Shown here piece by piece: positions 9,438 to 19,600 of a DNA stretch of 64,000 nt (its first letter is position 1; every line of letters begins with the position of its first letter). This stretch comes from a virus: positions 4,558 through 68,557 of IMG/VR virus record IMGVR_UViG_3300010354_000073. One strand, written 5' to 3'. The notes beneath the pieces were generated by a model. The model saw only the letters and a program-made list of their open reading frames with translations. It was not told where the DNA came from and ran no database searches. A program made the translations under genes and the position numbers.

Positions 9438-11147
9438 TCATTCTTTATTTTTATTACTAATTTTTACTAATTTTTGAATTTCTGGCAAATAAAGATATTC
9501 AATATCACTATTGTTTAAAGTTTTTACTGCGTCTTCTATAGTTTCTACTAAAGGATCTCCTCCAAGATTAAAACTGGTATTGAAGAGAATAGGAACTTCG
9601 CTCAGTTTTTCAAATGCATCAATCAGATTATAGTAGTGCTCATTCTGTTCTGGAGTTACCGTTTGAATGCGGCAAGTTCCATCAACGTGAATAACTGAAG
9701 GTATTTTTTCTTCTACTCCTTCTAGACATGATACAGCATACATCATGTGTGGAGTTTCATCACGACCAGCAAGATCAAACCAATCATGAACCTTTTCTTT
9801 CTTAATTGAACATGCAAAAGGTCGGAACCATTCACGACGCTTTACAGCATTGACAATATCCTTACCATCTTTAATGGTGGGATCAAACAGAATAGAACGG
9901 TTTCCAAGAGCACGAGGACCACCTTCAGAACGACCCTGATACATTGTAACGATATTACCTTCTCTAATTAAAGCAGCTACCTCATCATAAGATGTTTCTT
10001 TGATATCAGTAACTCCACAAGTGCTCAAATCAGTTTCATAAGTATCTGGAGAATACTGTGGTCCATAATAAACAGAAGATTGTTTTTGAGTTTTGGTATT
10101 TTCGGTCAATTCATTCCAAACATATTTTGCTCCGCCAATTGAAGTTCCACCATCGTGAGAAATTGGTTCACAATAGATGTTAAGATCTGGAAATTCTTTC
10201 CAATACTTATAATTAGCAACACAGTTCAATCCGTATCCACCACAGACAACAATATTTTTTTCTCCTGTTTCTTCGTGTGCTTTACGAATTAGTTGAACCA
10301 TTCTGTTTGATGATTCTTCTTGGATTTTATATGCCAAATCTTTTTGAATTTGAGTATACTCACTAATTCCATTCACATGTTGCTTAACATCATTTGCTAA
10401 AATTGGATAACGATGAATATTAATTTGAGCAGCATTTGGATAGGTAGGAATAATTAAACTTCTATTCCCATATTCACCATCAAAGAAGGAAGGCAATTCA
10501 TCATTTTGTTTACCATATGGAGCAAGTCCCATTAGTTTACCAGCTTCAATAGCAGGGAATCCACAGTATTGAGTTACTGCTTCATACATCTTTGTCAAAC
10601 CTGGGTATTCTGTTAGGAAAACACCAGATTCTAATTCATGAAAACCTATTGCTGCTTTTGTTCCAATATGCTTATAAACTGTATCAAACGTATTAGGATA
10701 ACTTGCTTGGAAAATAGTTTCAAATTCGTATGAAATATCTGGGCAACCATCGAGTTGAAGAAAACTTCCTGCTCCATCAGCAATCACACAAGCAGCAGTT
10801 TCAAATCCAGAATTGTAGAAACCACACGCAGCGTGCATTTCGTGGTGCGCTACATCAATAAAATGAGTTTCAAATTCAAATTTTTTCTTGGCAAGTTTTC
10901 GCACCCATCCTTCATACATGTCTTCTCCAGTCCAATCAAGTTTGGATCCAGCACGGTGAGTGTGACAAACAACTAAATGATCAATATGATCAACATAATC
11001 AAATACTTTGGCAAGACCCAATAAAGGAGAACCATCGTATTTAAATCTAGACAGGCGCTCTTCTTCTAAGTAAAAAACAACCTCTCCATCAACAAGCAAT
11101 GTCGTGCTGCCGTTATGACCACGAGCAACGGATGCAATAATTGTCAT
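9438..11147 (-). CDS. Carbamoyltransferase (NodU/CmcH family), copy 2
   Basis: EERLSRFKY, HHEMHA, DGAG, GKLMGLAPYG, GPRALGNRS, REWFRPFA, HVDGTCRIQTV, NTSFN. Confidence 0.92.
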   Translation of the reverse strand: MTIIASVARGHNGSTTLLVDGEVVFYLEEERLSRFKYDGSPLLGLAKVFDYVDHIDHLVVCHTHRAGSKLDWTGEDMYEGWVRKLAKKKFEFETHFIDVAHHEMHAACGFYNSGFETAACVIADGAGSFLQLDGCPDISYEFETIFQASYPNTFDTVYKHIGTKAAIGFHELESGVFLTEYPGLTKMYEAVTQYCGFPAIEAGKLMGLAPYGKQNDELPSFFDGEYGNRSLIIPTYPNAAQINIHRYPILANDVKQHVNGISEYTQIQKDLAYKIQEESSNRMVQLIRKAHEETGEKNIVVCGGYGLNCVANYKYWKEFPDLNIYCEPISHDGGTSIGGAKYVWNELTENTKTQKQSSVYYGPQYSPDTYETDLSTCGVTDIKETSYDEVAALIREGNIVTMYQGRSEGGPRALGNRSILFDPTIKDGKDIVNAVKRREWFRPFACSIKKEKVHDWFDLAGRDETPHMMYAVSCLEGVEEKIPSVIHVDGTCRIQTVTPEQNEHYYNLIDAFEKLSEVPILFNTSFNLGGDPLVETIEDAVKTLNNSDIEYLYLPEIQKLVKISNKNKE

Positions 11148-11161
11148 TTATATACCTCAAA

Positions 11162-12295
11162 TCATTTTTTAATGTTTACAGTGTTGGCAAACCCAGATGC
11201 CGAAGATTTATTAATTTTATCTAAAATATTTTGATTAGAATTTTCTAATAATGCTGGGATAATGTTTGGATTATTAGAAGGTTGTTGATTTAATGTTGGG
11301 GGGCAACATGAAGAAGATTGTTCTTGAGTCGGAAGAATTACCTTCACTGTTGGTTTCTTATAGTATTTATTCATCAATTTTTCAACTGATTTTAAAATGA
11401 CTTCCTCGACTTTATCATTCATTGCCATAATGCCATCATTTGTTCTGGCGGATTCTTCATCCATAGAAATTCTAATTGGATCATAAATTCTAAGACCCTC
11501 CCCCATATCAAGAACTTCAAATTTATCAGAATTTGGATAAGAAATATTTTCTTTAAACGTAGATCCAACAACAACGACAGCTGGAGTTCCTACGGTATGG
11601 GCAATATGTTGACCAACAGAATCACAACCAATGAAAAGATCTGCTTCTTTAATTACCCCTGCCCAATGTCTGATTGGCATTCCAGAAGGAGCAGCTACTG
11701 GATCTTTTACGCCTTCTAATTGAAAATCTAATTGCAATTCTGACATAACAATTACAGAATATTTTTTCTGTAATTGCTTGACAATGCTTATAACATTATT
11801 ATATTCAAAACTTCTTCCAGAAGAATCGACAATCAAATTGCCCATTACTTGAACACCGCGACCAAATGGTTGAAAAACCACCGTCTTTTCTTTTTTAGTT
11901 TTTTCTCTTACTTCAGTAACAACAAATTTACCATTTATTTCTTCTTCTCTTGATAATTTGATTGTTGGGGGAGGAAGATCTCTAATCCCCTTTTTATTAA
12001 TTGCTATATCAAATGCTTGGGATAAATTACATTTTTGATTATAGTATTCCCAAATACGATATGGTTCTGGAGTTTCAATATCGGTATGAACTATTTTATC
12101 CTTAAAAAGATTTTTGTGCCAATTGTCGTAAACGTGCGAATATAGGTTAGGATGACCTTTAAAAAAATCAGTTCCCCCTTCGCAGACAATTACGAAATCT
12201 TCCTCTGGATGGTCTTCTTTATACTTTTCAAACGCTGGAATAGAACATAATACTCTGCCTGCACCACCGTTCACAAAAAATGATTTTGGTCTCAT
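11162..12295 (-). CDS. Glycosyltransferase, GT9/heptosyltransferase-like GT-B fold
   Basis: N-terminal GGAGRVLCSIPA (GxxGD-like), VVFQPFG, IKEADLFIGCDSVGQHIAHTVGTPAVVVVGST (GT9 DS..H.A motif). Confidence 0.75.
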   Translation of the reverse strand: MRPKSFFVNGGAGRVLCSIPAFEKYKEDHPEEDFVIVCEGGTDFFKGHPNLYSHVYDNWHKNLFKDKIVHTDIETPEPYRIWEYYNQKCNLSQAFDIAINKKGIRDLPPPTIKLSREEEINGKFVVTEVREKTKKEKTVVFQPFGRGVQVMGNLIVDSSGRSFEYNNVISIVKQLQKKYSVIVMSELQLDFQLEGVKDPVAAPSGMPIRHWAGVIKEADLFIGCDSVGQHIAHTVGTPAVVVVGSTFKENISYPNSDKFEVLDMGEGLRIYDPIRISMDEESARTNDGIMAMNDKVEEVILKSVEKLMNKYYKKPTVKVILPTQEQSSSCCPPTLNQQPSNNPNIIPALLENSNQNILDKINKSSASGFANTVNIKK

Positions 12296-12335
12296 ATCGG
12301 GTCAATTAATAAATGATTTATTTTTAACACATACT

Positions 12336-12342
12336 TATTTAG
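12336..12342 (-). promoter_or_regulatory. Late promoter CTAAATA for the sugar-modification operon
   Basis: TATTTAG on plus strand, 40 nt upstream of the GT9 start and just downstream of a terminator. Confidence 0.55.
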
Positions 12343-12346
12343 GCAC

Positions 12347-12374
12347 AAAAAAAGAGGCGGATTACCGCCTCTTC
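12347..12374 (-). terminator. Rho-independent terminator
   Basis: GAAGAGGCGG-TAAT-CCGCCTCTTTTTTT on minus strand after the 12381 stop. Confidence 0.85.
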
Positions 12375-12380
12375 AAAAGA

Positions 12381-13070
12381 TCACCATACAAATCCGTCAA
12401 TTTGAGGAGTTCTAGGATCGTCAGGGAAAGGAATCATGTGTACTCCCCAACCAGCAAATTTTTCATATGTTTGCTCTAGTTTTTCAATATATTCTGGCAT
12501 CTTTGCTTTAATTTCTTCTGGAAGATCTCCATTTTCTAGATCTTCTTTTGCTCCAGCAAGAATAGCATCTCTAACCATTACATGCTGCTCCATAGAAATC
12601 CATGGTTGCTTCCATGCATATGGCTTAACAAATTCACCTTTTTCTAGATCATACTTGAATGCTGTTGGCTCATAAGTATGATCTGGTGATGTTGGATCTG
12701 GACGCTCATATAATGTTACTCCATCAATTTTATACTCTTTTTGAGGATAACCAGCAGCTCTTGAAGTATCGATTGCGTGATATAGTGAAGCAATTAAAGC
12801 GTGTTCATCATTTGATCCTGGAGTTAGAAGAACCGCAGTACAATCTAAACCAGCTCTTAATGCAGCACCTTTTTCTTCATCTTCGGATCCATCTGTAGGA
12901 ATGAATGATTGGGAAAATAGAAGATTTCCTGTTGCATTTTCAACAAAAACATAAAGTTTTTCAGGACCTTCATAAGTCCATTCCGCAGTTAATCCTAACT
13001 CAGATGTTTGTGCTAAGTAATCATCTGGTAAGGAATAAGTAAACGTTTTTGAAATAGTTTTGATTGCCAT
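12381..13070 (-). CDS. Hypothetical protein, possible tail-fibre assembly chaperone
   Basis: 229 aa after fibre-tip paralogues; C-terminal VRDAIL...YIEKL...W...FPDDP resembles tail-assembly-chaperone ends. Confidence 0.55.
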   Translation of the reverse strand: MAIKTISKTFTYSLPDDYLAQTSELGLTAEWTYEGPEKLYVFVENATGNLLFSQSFIPTDGSEDEEKGAALRAGLDCTAVLLTPGSNDEHALIASLYHAIDTSRAAGYPQKEYKIDGVTLYERPDPTSPDHTYEPTAFKYDLEKGEFVKPYAWKQPWISMEQHVMVRDAILAGAKEDLENGDLPEEIKAKMPEYIEKLEQTYEKFAGWGVHMIPFPDDPRTPQIDGFVW

Positions 13071-13098
13071 AATCCTTTTTACGTGTCCTTTATACGAT

Positions 13099-13106
13099 TA
13101 TTTATA
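13099..13106 (-). promoter_or_regulatory. T4-type late promoter TATAAATA
   Basis: Exact consensus upstream of the 13070 start. Confidence 0.7.
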
Positions 13107-13107
13107 A

Positions 13108-13998
13108 TTACTTGTAACTAATACGGATCAGTCCTGGAGTTCCTTGTTGACCATAGCAACAACCACCACAGGTCCATCCAGTCGCTCCTCCAACGCCAGG
13201 AACATAATTATGCTCACTGAAACCACCACCCCAAGGAAGTTGTGTCAATGCGTTGTGTAGAAGGCAATAACCACAACCACTATTTTCACATTGAGTTGCT
13301 GGTAACCATCCTCCTTTACCATTTACAAGACCGCCTGGATATGGGAACCATTGCTTATTCCAGCAGTGATTATCATAGCACCACATAAATGCTGCACCAG
13401 GATTTCCAACAGCGCCAGTATCTGCCCCATAAAATAGAGCGCAAGGACCACCAAGGCACCCAGTTCTTGCTCCACCATCCTGAGTTAAGACATACCATGT
13501 GCAGCAGCACATAAAGCAGCAAGAACAACCACCATGACCACCAGTTGCACAATAATTACTTAAACCATATCCTGTGATAAAAGTTTTTCCTCCTGGTTGA
13601 CCGCAAGCATTACCATCTCTCCCTTGTCCTGGTTGACCAATCTCCATTGCGTAGGTGCAACCAGCAATACTAGATCCTTGAACTCTTTTATAAGCATATG
13701 CCCCAGAACCACCTGGAACACCTCTCGAACAACAGCAACTAGAACCACCACCACCACCAGCACCCCAAATTTCGAAAATAACATCAGTTACTCCAGTTGG
13801 AACTGTCCAAGAAGGATAATCATAATAGTTATAATCAGTTGTCCAACCTTGACAAGTTGCACCACAGAAAGCTGGGATGTATTGAACTCTATAACCAGTA
13901 GATGGAAATGGAGGTAATTTTGTTGTTGTGTTTGGTTGAGCAGCAGCTGCAATTGAACTTTCAGATACTATATCTAGTAGTGTTCTTAAACTAGCCAT
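13108..13998 (-). CDS. Cys/Gly-rich fibre-tip/adhesin-like protein, paralogue 1
   Basis: WTVPTGVTDVIFEIWGAGGGGG...GTPGLIRISY glycine-rich domain frame; about 24 Cys by manual count. Confidence 0.75.
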   Translation of the reverse strand: MASLRTLLDIVSESSIAAAAQPNTTTKLPPFPSTGYRVQYIPAFCGATCQGWTTDYNYYDYPSWTVPTGVTDVIFEIWGAGGGGGSSCCCSRGVPGGSGAYAYKRVQGSSIAGCTYAMEIGQPGQGRDGNACGQPGGKTFITGYGLSNYCATGGHGGCSCCFMCCCTWYVLTQDGGARTGCLGGPCALFYGADTGAVGNPGAAFMWCYDNHCWNKQWFPYPGGLVNGKGGWLPATQCENSGCGYCLLHNALTQLPWGGGFSEHNYVPGVGGATGWTCGGCCYGQQGTPGLIRISYK

Positions 13999-14023
13999 TT
14001 TTACTTCCTTTATTGGTAATTAT

Positions 14024-14950
14024 TTAGTTACAGAAATGATATGCACAGTTAGCGTTCACACCAACCCAACAAGAACAATATGTAATTCTAATTAAACCTC
14101 CGCCACCTCTCCAACCATAACAGCAACCACCACCACAACTAGTAGCAGATGGGGATCCAACTCCAGGTAATGTATTATTACAGTTTGCGTTGAATGCCCA
14201 TGGCGTAGTTCCCATACAATATGTCCAATCATTAATACAAGCATTACCTGAAGTATTAGACATAATATGACCGCCAAGATCGTCAATTAATTTTGCTGGA
14301 TAAGCTAATCCTATTTTGGCATAGCAATTATTTGCACTATTATAAGTTCTAAAGAATCCTGGTCTTCCTGGAATCATACAATCTCCGCCATATGCACAAG
14401 CACAACTAGTAACAGGATCATAACCACCACAACCAGTCCAATAAACTCTATCCAAACATCTAAAATCAGAAGACCAGAAAGCATAACAGCATGTCTTTCC
14501 TGGCAATCCTCCTTCTGCACACAAGTTAGATAAGTTGCAACCAGTAATCCACGACTTACAACCTTGAATTCCTACACAACAAGCAGAACAGCAAGTTGGT
14601 GGCGCTACGTATAAAGAATAACACCAACCACCTTGAATTTGAGCTCCTGTTAAAGTTTTTCTAACATATGCTCCAGATCCTCCTGGCATTCCTTGTTGGC
14701 AGCAGCAAGCACCAGCACCAGACCCGCCGCCGCCCCACATCTCAAATGTAATTTGAGTTGTTCCACATGGAACACACCAGTTAAGTAAGCAGTAAGAGTG
14801 ATAAGAAGTATCGCAGTTTTCTAAATTGCAATAGGGGGCAAAAACAAACTGTTTGCCATCTCTTACCTTGTTAAAAGCACCAACGCTTCCGTTAGTAGCT
14901 GCAACAGTGGATGCAAATTCTTTGTTTAATAATTGTCTTAAATTGGCCAT
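14024..14950 (-). CDS. Cys/Gly-rich fibre-tip/adhesin-like protein, paralogue 2
   Basis: WCVPCGTTQITFEMWGGGGSG...GGGGLIRITY; about 34 Cys by manual count. Confidence 0.75.
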   Translation of the reverse strand: MANLRQLLNKEFASTVAATNGSVGAFNKVRDGKQFVFAPYCNLENCDTSYHSYCLLNWCVPCGTTQITFEMWGGGGSGAGACCCQQGMPGGSGAYVRKTLTGAQIQGGWCYSLYVAPPTCCSACCVGIQGCKSWITGCNLSNLCAEGGLPGKTCCYAFWSSDFRCLDRVYWTGCGGYDPVTSCACAYGGDCMIPGRPGFFRTYNSANNCYAKIGLAYPAKLIDDLGGHIMSNTSGNACINDWTYCMGTTPWAFNANCNNTLPGVGSPSATSCGGGCCYGWRGGGGLIRITYCSCWVGVNANCAYHFCN

Positions 14951-14966
14951 TTTTTATGTTTCCCCC

Positions 14967-15896
14967 TTATGATTTACAATATAATGTAATCTTAACAAGA
15001 CCATATGCGCCCTCACTACCACAGCAGCAACCACCACCGTAAGTGTCGGAACCCATCGCTCCCATGCCAGGAGGACCATTTCTGAAGCAATCTCCACTTA
15101 ATCCGCCATTATTTCCTGTCAACCATAAAGTAGATCTTCTACCACAATCAGCCATTTCTGGATAACGGACAGTTGCAAATGTTCCCATTTTTGCATCTAA
15201 TCCTGGAGCAAAAGGAGCAAATCTCTTCATCCAGCACCAGTTGCCACAATCTTGACAATCTGATTGGTTGTAACCACCTACTGCACCCCAGTAATCTTTT
15301 CCTCTAAGATTACAGCAAGAACGACAAGTTAAATCACAAGAATACTTATCTGTTTGCCATCTATTCCATGGTTCTCCAGTCATCCAGTTCAATCTAGTTG
15401 TACATGCACCAGCATAGTAAGCATGACCAAAACAACATGAATAACCGTGACATCCACCGCAAGCACAGAAGTTATCTAATCCAGGACCAACGACAAAAGA
15501 TTTACAACCATCGTATCCACCGCCGCCTGGATTTCTACATGTACCAGATCCAGCGCAAATATCATAGCAGCAGCAATCCAATTGATTGACTCCTTGAACT
15601 GCTGCACAAACTGTACATTTTTGATATTGTCCAGAATATGCTGGCCAACTAGTCATACAACAGCAAGAACCACCGCCGCCTCCGCCGCCGCCCCAAATTT
15701 CGAACTGTATTTTACAGATACATCTGGGTGGTACGCACCAAGTAAACCACTGTCTGTTATAACTGTGGGTATCACTATATTCCCAACAATGAGCACCTCT
15801 AAAATAAATTTCGTGAGAATTGCCAGGACCATAATAAGTGGCGACAGGTAATAGAGATGTTGATGCTGTATCTAAAAGATTTCTTAAACTGGACAT
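14967..15896 (-). CDS. Cys/Gly-rich fibre-tip/adhesin-like protein, paralogue 3
   Basis: WCVPPRCICKIQFEIWGGGGGGG...GAYGLVKITLY; about 34 Cys by manual count. Confidence 0.75.
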   Translation of the reverse strand: MSSLRNLLDTASTSLLPVATYYGPGNSHEIYFRGAHCWEYSDTHSYNRQWFTWCVPPRCICKIQFEIWGGGGGGGGSCCCMTSWPAYSGQYQKCTVCAAVQGVNQLDCCCYDICAGSGTCRNPGGGGYDGCKSFVVGPGLDNFCACGGCHGYSCCFGHAYYAGACTTRLNWMTGEPWNRWQTDKYSCDLTCRSCCNLRGKDYWGAVGGYNQSDCQDCGNWCWMKRFAPFAPGLDAKMGTFATVRYPEMADCGRRSTLWLTGNNGGLSGDCFRNGPPGMGAMGSDTYGGGCCCGSEGAYGLVKITLYCKS

Positions 15897-15911
15897 CTGA
15901 ATATACCTATA

Positions 15912-16235
15912 TTAGTTAGTAATGATTGACCATCCGTAAGCAGAACCAGTATAGATTAATCCAAGTGATGCATTTTTAATATCAAAATCTAGATCTTCTG
16001 CTAAGTTAGCAATCTTATTTCCATTTCTTAAAATTACCGCTTTATTAGTTCCACAGTTTCCAGCTGCATCAATAAAATTGATACGATCTCCAATAAGAGG
16101 GTTTGCTGGAAGAGTAATATTAAAAGTTGCAGCTGTTGTATCAATTAACAAAATCTGACTAGCTAAAGCTGAGTAGTTTGAAGTTACTGCTACTGATACT
16201 CTTGTTTCAGATATTGCTGAAAGTGAACGTCCCAT
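15912..16235 (-). CDS. Small tail-fibre-associated protein
   Basis: IDTTAATFNITLPANPLIGDRINFIDAAG...GW domain typical of T4-like fibre/baseplate proteins. Confidence 0.7.
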   Translation of the reverse strand: MGRSLSAISETRVSVAVTSNYSALASQILLIDTTAATFNITLPANPLIGDRINFIDAAGNCGTNKAVILRNGNKIANLAEDLDFDIKNASLGLIYTGSAYGWSIITN

Positions 16236-16264
16236 TGTACTTTAATCTCCTTTATTAGTATTTA

Positions 16265-16588
16265 TCAAAGAGCAGATTCTTCTACACCATAAACAGAGAT
16301 ACTTACTCCAGCAGTATCTGCCCAAGCAACAATTCTCTTCGCTGCCTGCAATGCGACACCAGTTCTTTCTAGAACTCCGTAACCAGCAATTTGAGCATTA
16401 TATTCAATATACTCTGCTGCAGTTGGGGTAGCAGCGGCAGCAAGAGCAACTCTTACGTTAACTGCAGTTGCATTAGTATTAACAACGTTGAAGTTTACAT
16501 ATGCTGTAACATCAGCAGGAACTGTATAAATTGTTGTTAATGTGTTAGCAGTTAATGAGGTTTGTGTCCCCAAAATTCCAGAAGCCAT
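16265..16588 (-). CDS. Small virion structural protein
   Basis: MASGILG...YTVPA...EYIEYN...LERTG; resembles the repeated domain of 4055..5191. Confidence 0.7.
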   Translation of the reverse strand: MASGILGTQTSLTANTLTTIYTVPADVTAYVNFNVVNTNATAVNVRVALAAAATPTAAEYIEYNAQIAGYGVLERTGVALQAAKRIVAWADTAGVSISVYGVEESAL

Positions 16589-16623
16589 TTAATATTCTCC
16601 TTAATAATCCGATTGTTTATTAG

Positions 16624-16631
16624 TATTTATA
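16624..16631 (-). promoter_or_regulatory. T4-type late promoter TATAAATA
   Basis: Exact consensus upstream of 16588. Confidence 0.7.
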
Positions 16632-16636
16632 ACTAA

Positions 16637-16655
16637 GGGGAGTTAAATACTCCCC
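16637..16655 (-). terminator. Stem-loop / probable terminator
   Basis: GGGGAGT-TAAAT-ACTCCCC immediately after the 16663 stop; weak U-tract. Confidence 0.55.
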
Positions 16656-16662
16656 CATTTGA

Positions 16663-19600
16663 TCAAGCTCCGCCAGCCCAGAAGGTAAATCCTTTTGTTT
16701 TGGTTTTCTTGTCCACGTATGATTTAACAGCTCTTTGTGTAGGAACTTTAGAATTGCTATTAGCAGATAAAGTTACATCAGCAGAGAATTCACTAATGCT
16801 TTCACCTAACTGAGCTCCGATAGAACCGAGACGTAGGGATGATAGACCAGACAAGTCGAACGAAGATGCATTCAAAGTAGTGCTACCAGTTGCCTGGTTT
16901 ACTTTGAAATAACGTCCAACAGTAAAGTTACCATCTTGATCCGTTGAAACGAAGAACACACGACCTGGGAATGCCTCTGTAACTTCATTTCCTGGAGCTG
17001 GTGCTGATAATGGAGAATTCGGGAAGTTAGTTGTTACTTTTCCACCAGTTCCAATATTCAAGAAGTCATGACCAGTCAATCTTACTTGAGAATATAGATA
17101 TCTAATCTTAAATCCTTGTTGATCGTAAGATGGGGTTGGTTTAGTTTGAGCAAGAACAATCAATGTTGTTCCAGTTGTATCAGTAGCAACATTCGTTACT
17201 TGCATGAATTCATTATCTAGTTTTACATAATCATTGACTAGAACCCCAGTAGAAGATAATACTCTAATAGTTCCATCGGAAGATAACATATCACGAAGAG
17301 TTGTTGTTTGTGCAGGAACTTTAATTTGAATTGCTCTTACAGTAACTGAAGATGAATGAGTAGCAGCAGTTGTTCCTTCTTGACCACGAGTTACAGTAAT
17401 TGAAGTTGCGGTTGGGAATGCAACTACGCCCATCATTTCATTATTAATAATAATATAACCACCAATAGTGATACCAGTAATTGAAGTTACATAAATTGTT
17501 GAATCTGAAGTTGAACTAATAGGTGCAGTTAATGTTGTTGAAGTTCCTGTTTGATATCTAATTAAAGTTGATAGTCCATTATGTGCAGCAGCAGCAGAAC
17601 CAAGTAATCCTCTAGTTACAGATAAAGTTCCTCTTCCTGATGGTGCGGAGTAAGAAGAATTAGCAACAACATAAGTAAATGGATCTTCTCCTGCTCCACC
17701 AGGACCAGTAATAAACTCAATTGATCCACCTGGCTTTGGAGCTGCAGATAGACCACTTAATGCAAAAGTATATCCTGATGTACCTTGATTTGCTGAACTA
17801 TTATTAACTAAAGTGGCGGTTGCTCCTGTTTCTTGACCAATAATACCTTCATTTTGAGCAAACGTTCCTTTCAAAGGTCTATAAAGAAGTTTTTGAACAC
17901 TGGATTGCCAAGAAATAATTTCACCAATTGCTCCAGAAGTTAGACCAGTGATTCTCTCACCACTGTTGAAACTTCCAACTAAAGAAACTGTAGTGTAATT
18001 TAATTCTTTACCATCAATATTTCCATTAAGTGTTGCCTCATCTGTGTTATATCCAGAAGAAACAATAGCATAATTACCCCACGAAGAGTTACCAGCAAGG
18101 GATCTAATGTTTCCACCACGAGTTGCTGCATAAGAAATATGAGCATAATAAGTAAAGCAAGAAACAATTTCCGAATTACCATTATTAGTGATCCAGAATC
18201 CTACTCCACCCTGCTCGTGAATCTGAGTGAACGAGTCAAATAGCATGGATTTGTTGGATGGTGTTGCTGTGCCCTCCCACTTAGAATGTACATTTCCATC
18301 AACAATTGCTCCGACACCAGTGTTAGAAAAAGCAGAACATTGTGAAATATATGGAGATTTAGTTGTTGGAGAATTCGGATTTAATCTTAAAAATACTCCT
18401 TTAACGGTCGCTGTATTCATATCTTTTGGATCTGATACAGAAGGTACAAATCCATTCATACCATCCATCACAAGGTCTTTGAGCATTGTTTTGTTGCTCA
18501 TGAAGAACATGGTGGAATTTTCATTAGTAATTGCATCAACAGCAGTGATTGCAATATCAGTGATGCCAGCTTCAAATGTATCAGAAGTTGTCCATGCTCC
18601 ACCAGTTAATGGTTTGATTATAATTACTGATCCTCCTGATTGAACATCAAGAATCATACCTGTTTTTGGTGCTCCACCACCAGCCTGAACAGTTGCTCCG
18701 AGAACTCTATACTGGGGTAAAGGAACAGTTGCTAAAGTAAGTTTTACGGTAGAACTATTTCCAACAGCTGGTTTAATAACAGAAGTTCTTAAGTTATCGC
18801 CAACAATTGCTACTTGCTCTGGAACAATAATAGGAAGTGTTTCGTAATAAGTTCCTGCTTTTACATAAATTGTTGCTGGACCTGTAATGTTGTCGCAAGC
18901 ATGACGTAAAGAAGCAAATGCATTTGTTATATTTTCTCCATCATTTAAATTATTACCATTTACTGTGACGTAATAAACAGGATCAGTTTTATTATTTTCT
19001 TTCCATTCTGGATATCCAGTTGATCCAACAGTTAATACTTGACCTTGTTGACCAATTGGCAATCTTGCAGGACCAGATCCAGCTTGATAAACAGTATCAC
19101 CAGAAGTCGTTAATACGTTTGTTTGTGCTCCTTGAGCAAGGGAATTCCAATATGTTCCTGTAGCATCAGTTTCTGGAGTGTTATTAGTAGAAGTAGCAAC
19201 ACAAATATAACTATTGCTATTTCTTGATACAGCGTCTCCTGGTTGATAAGTTGTAACGGTAGTCCAAGTTCCTTTCCAGGTAAATCCTCCAACAACAAAA
19301 CTCCACTCTGTTGGGTTTGCTGATGGGATTTTATTACTGTTAGTAACTTTTGCTACGTAAGAGTTACCACCAAGTAATACAACATCTCCAGGCTTAAACG
19401 TTGCAGAATCATTCCAAGTGCCAACAACTTTGAAACCAGTTGTTAAAATTTCCCAATCAGAATCTAAAAAGAGGTTTGGCGCTTTGTTTACGTTAATTGT
19501 CTTTGCAACATAGCTGTAACCACCATGAGTTACGATATCGCCAGGTTGGAATTGATCGGTATTATTCCATGTATCTTCAAATCTTAACCCATCTAGATAC

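Noticed and set aside
7764-12295. Carbamoyltransferases/GT as a DNA hypermodification system
   Set aside because: No nucleotide hydroxymethylase or replication genes nearby; late promoters and tail context favour a protein/surface target (not fully excluded)
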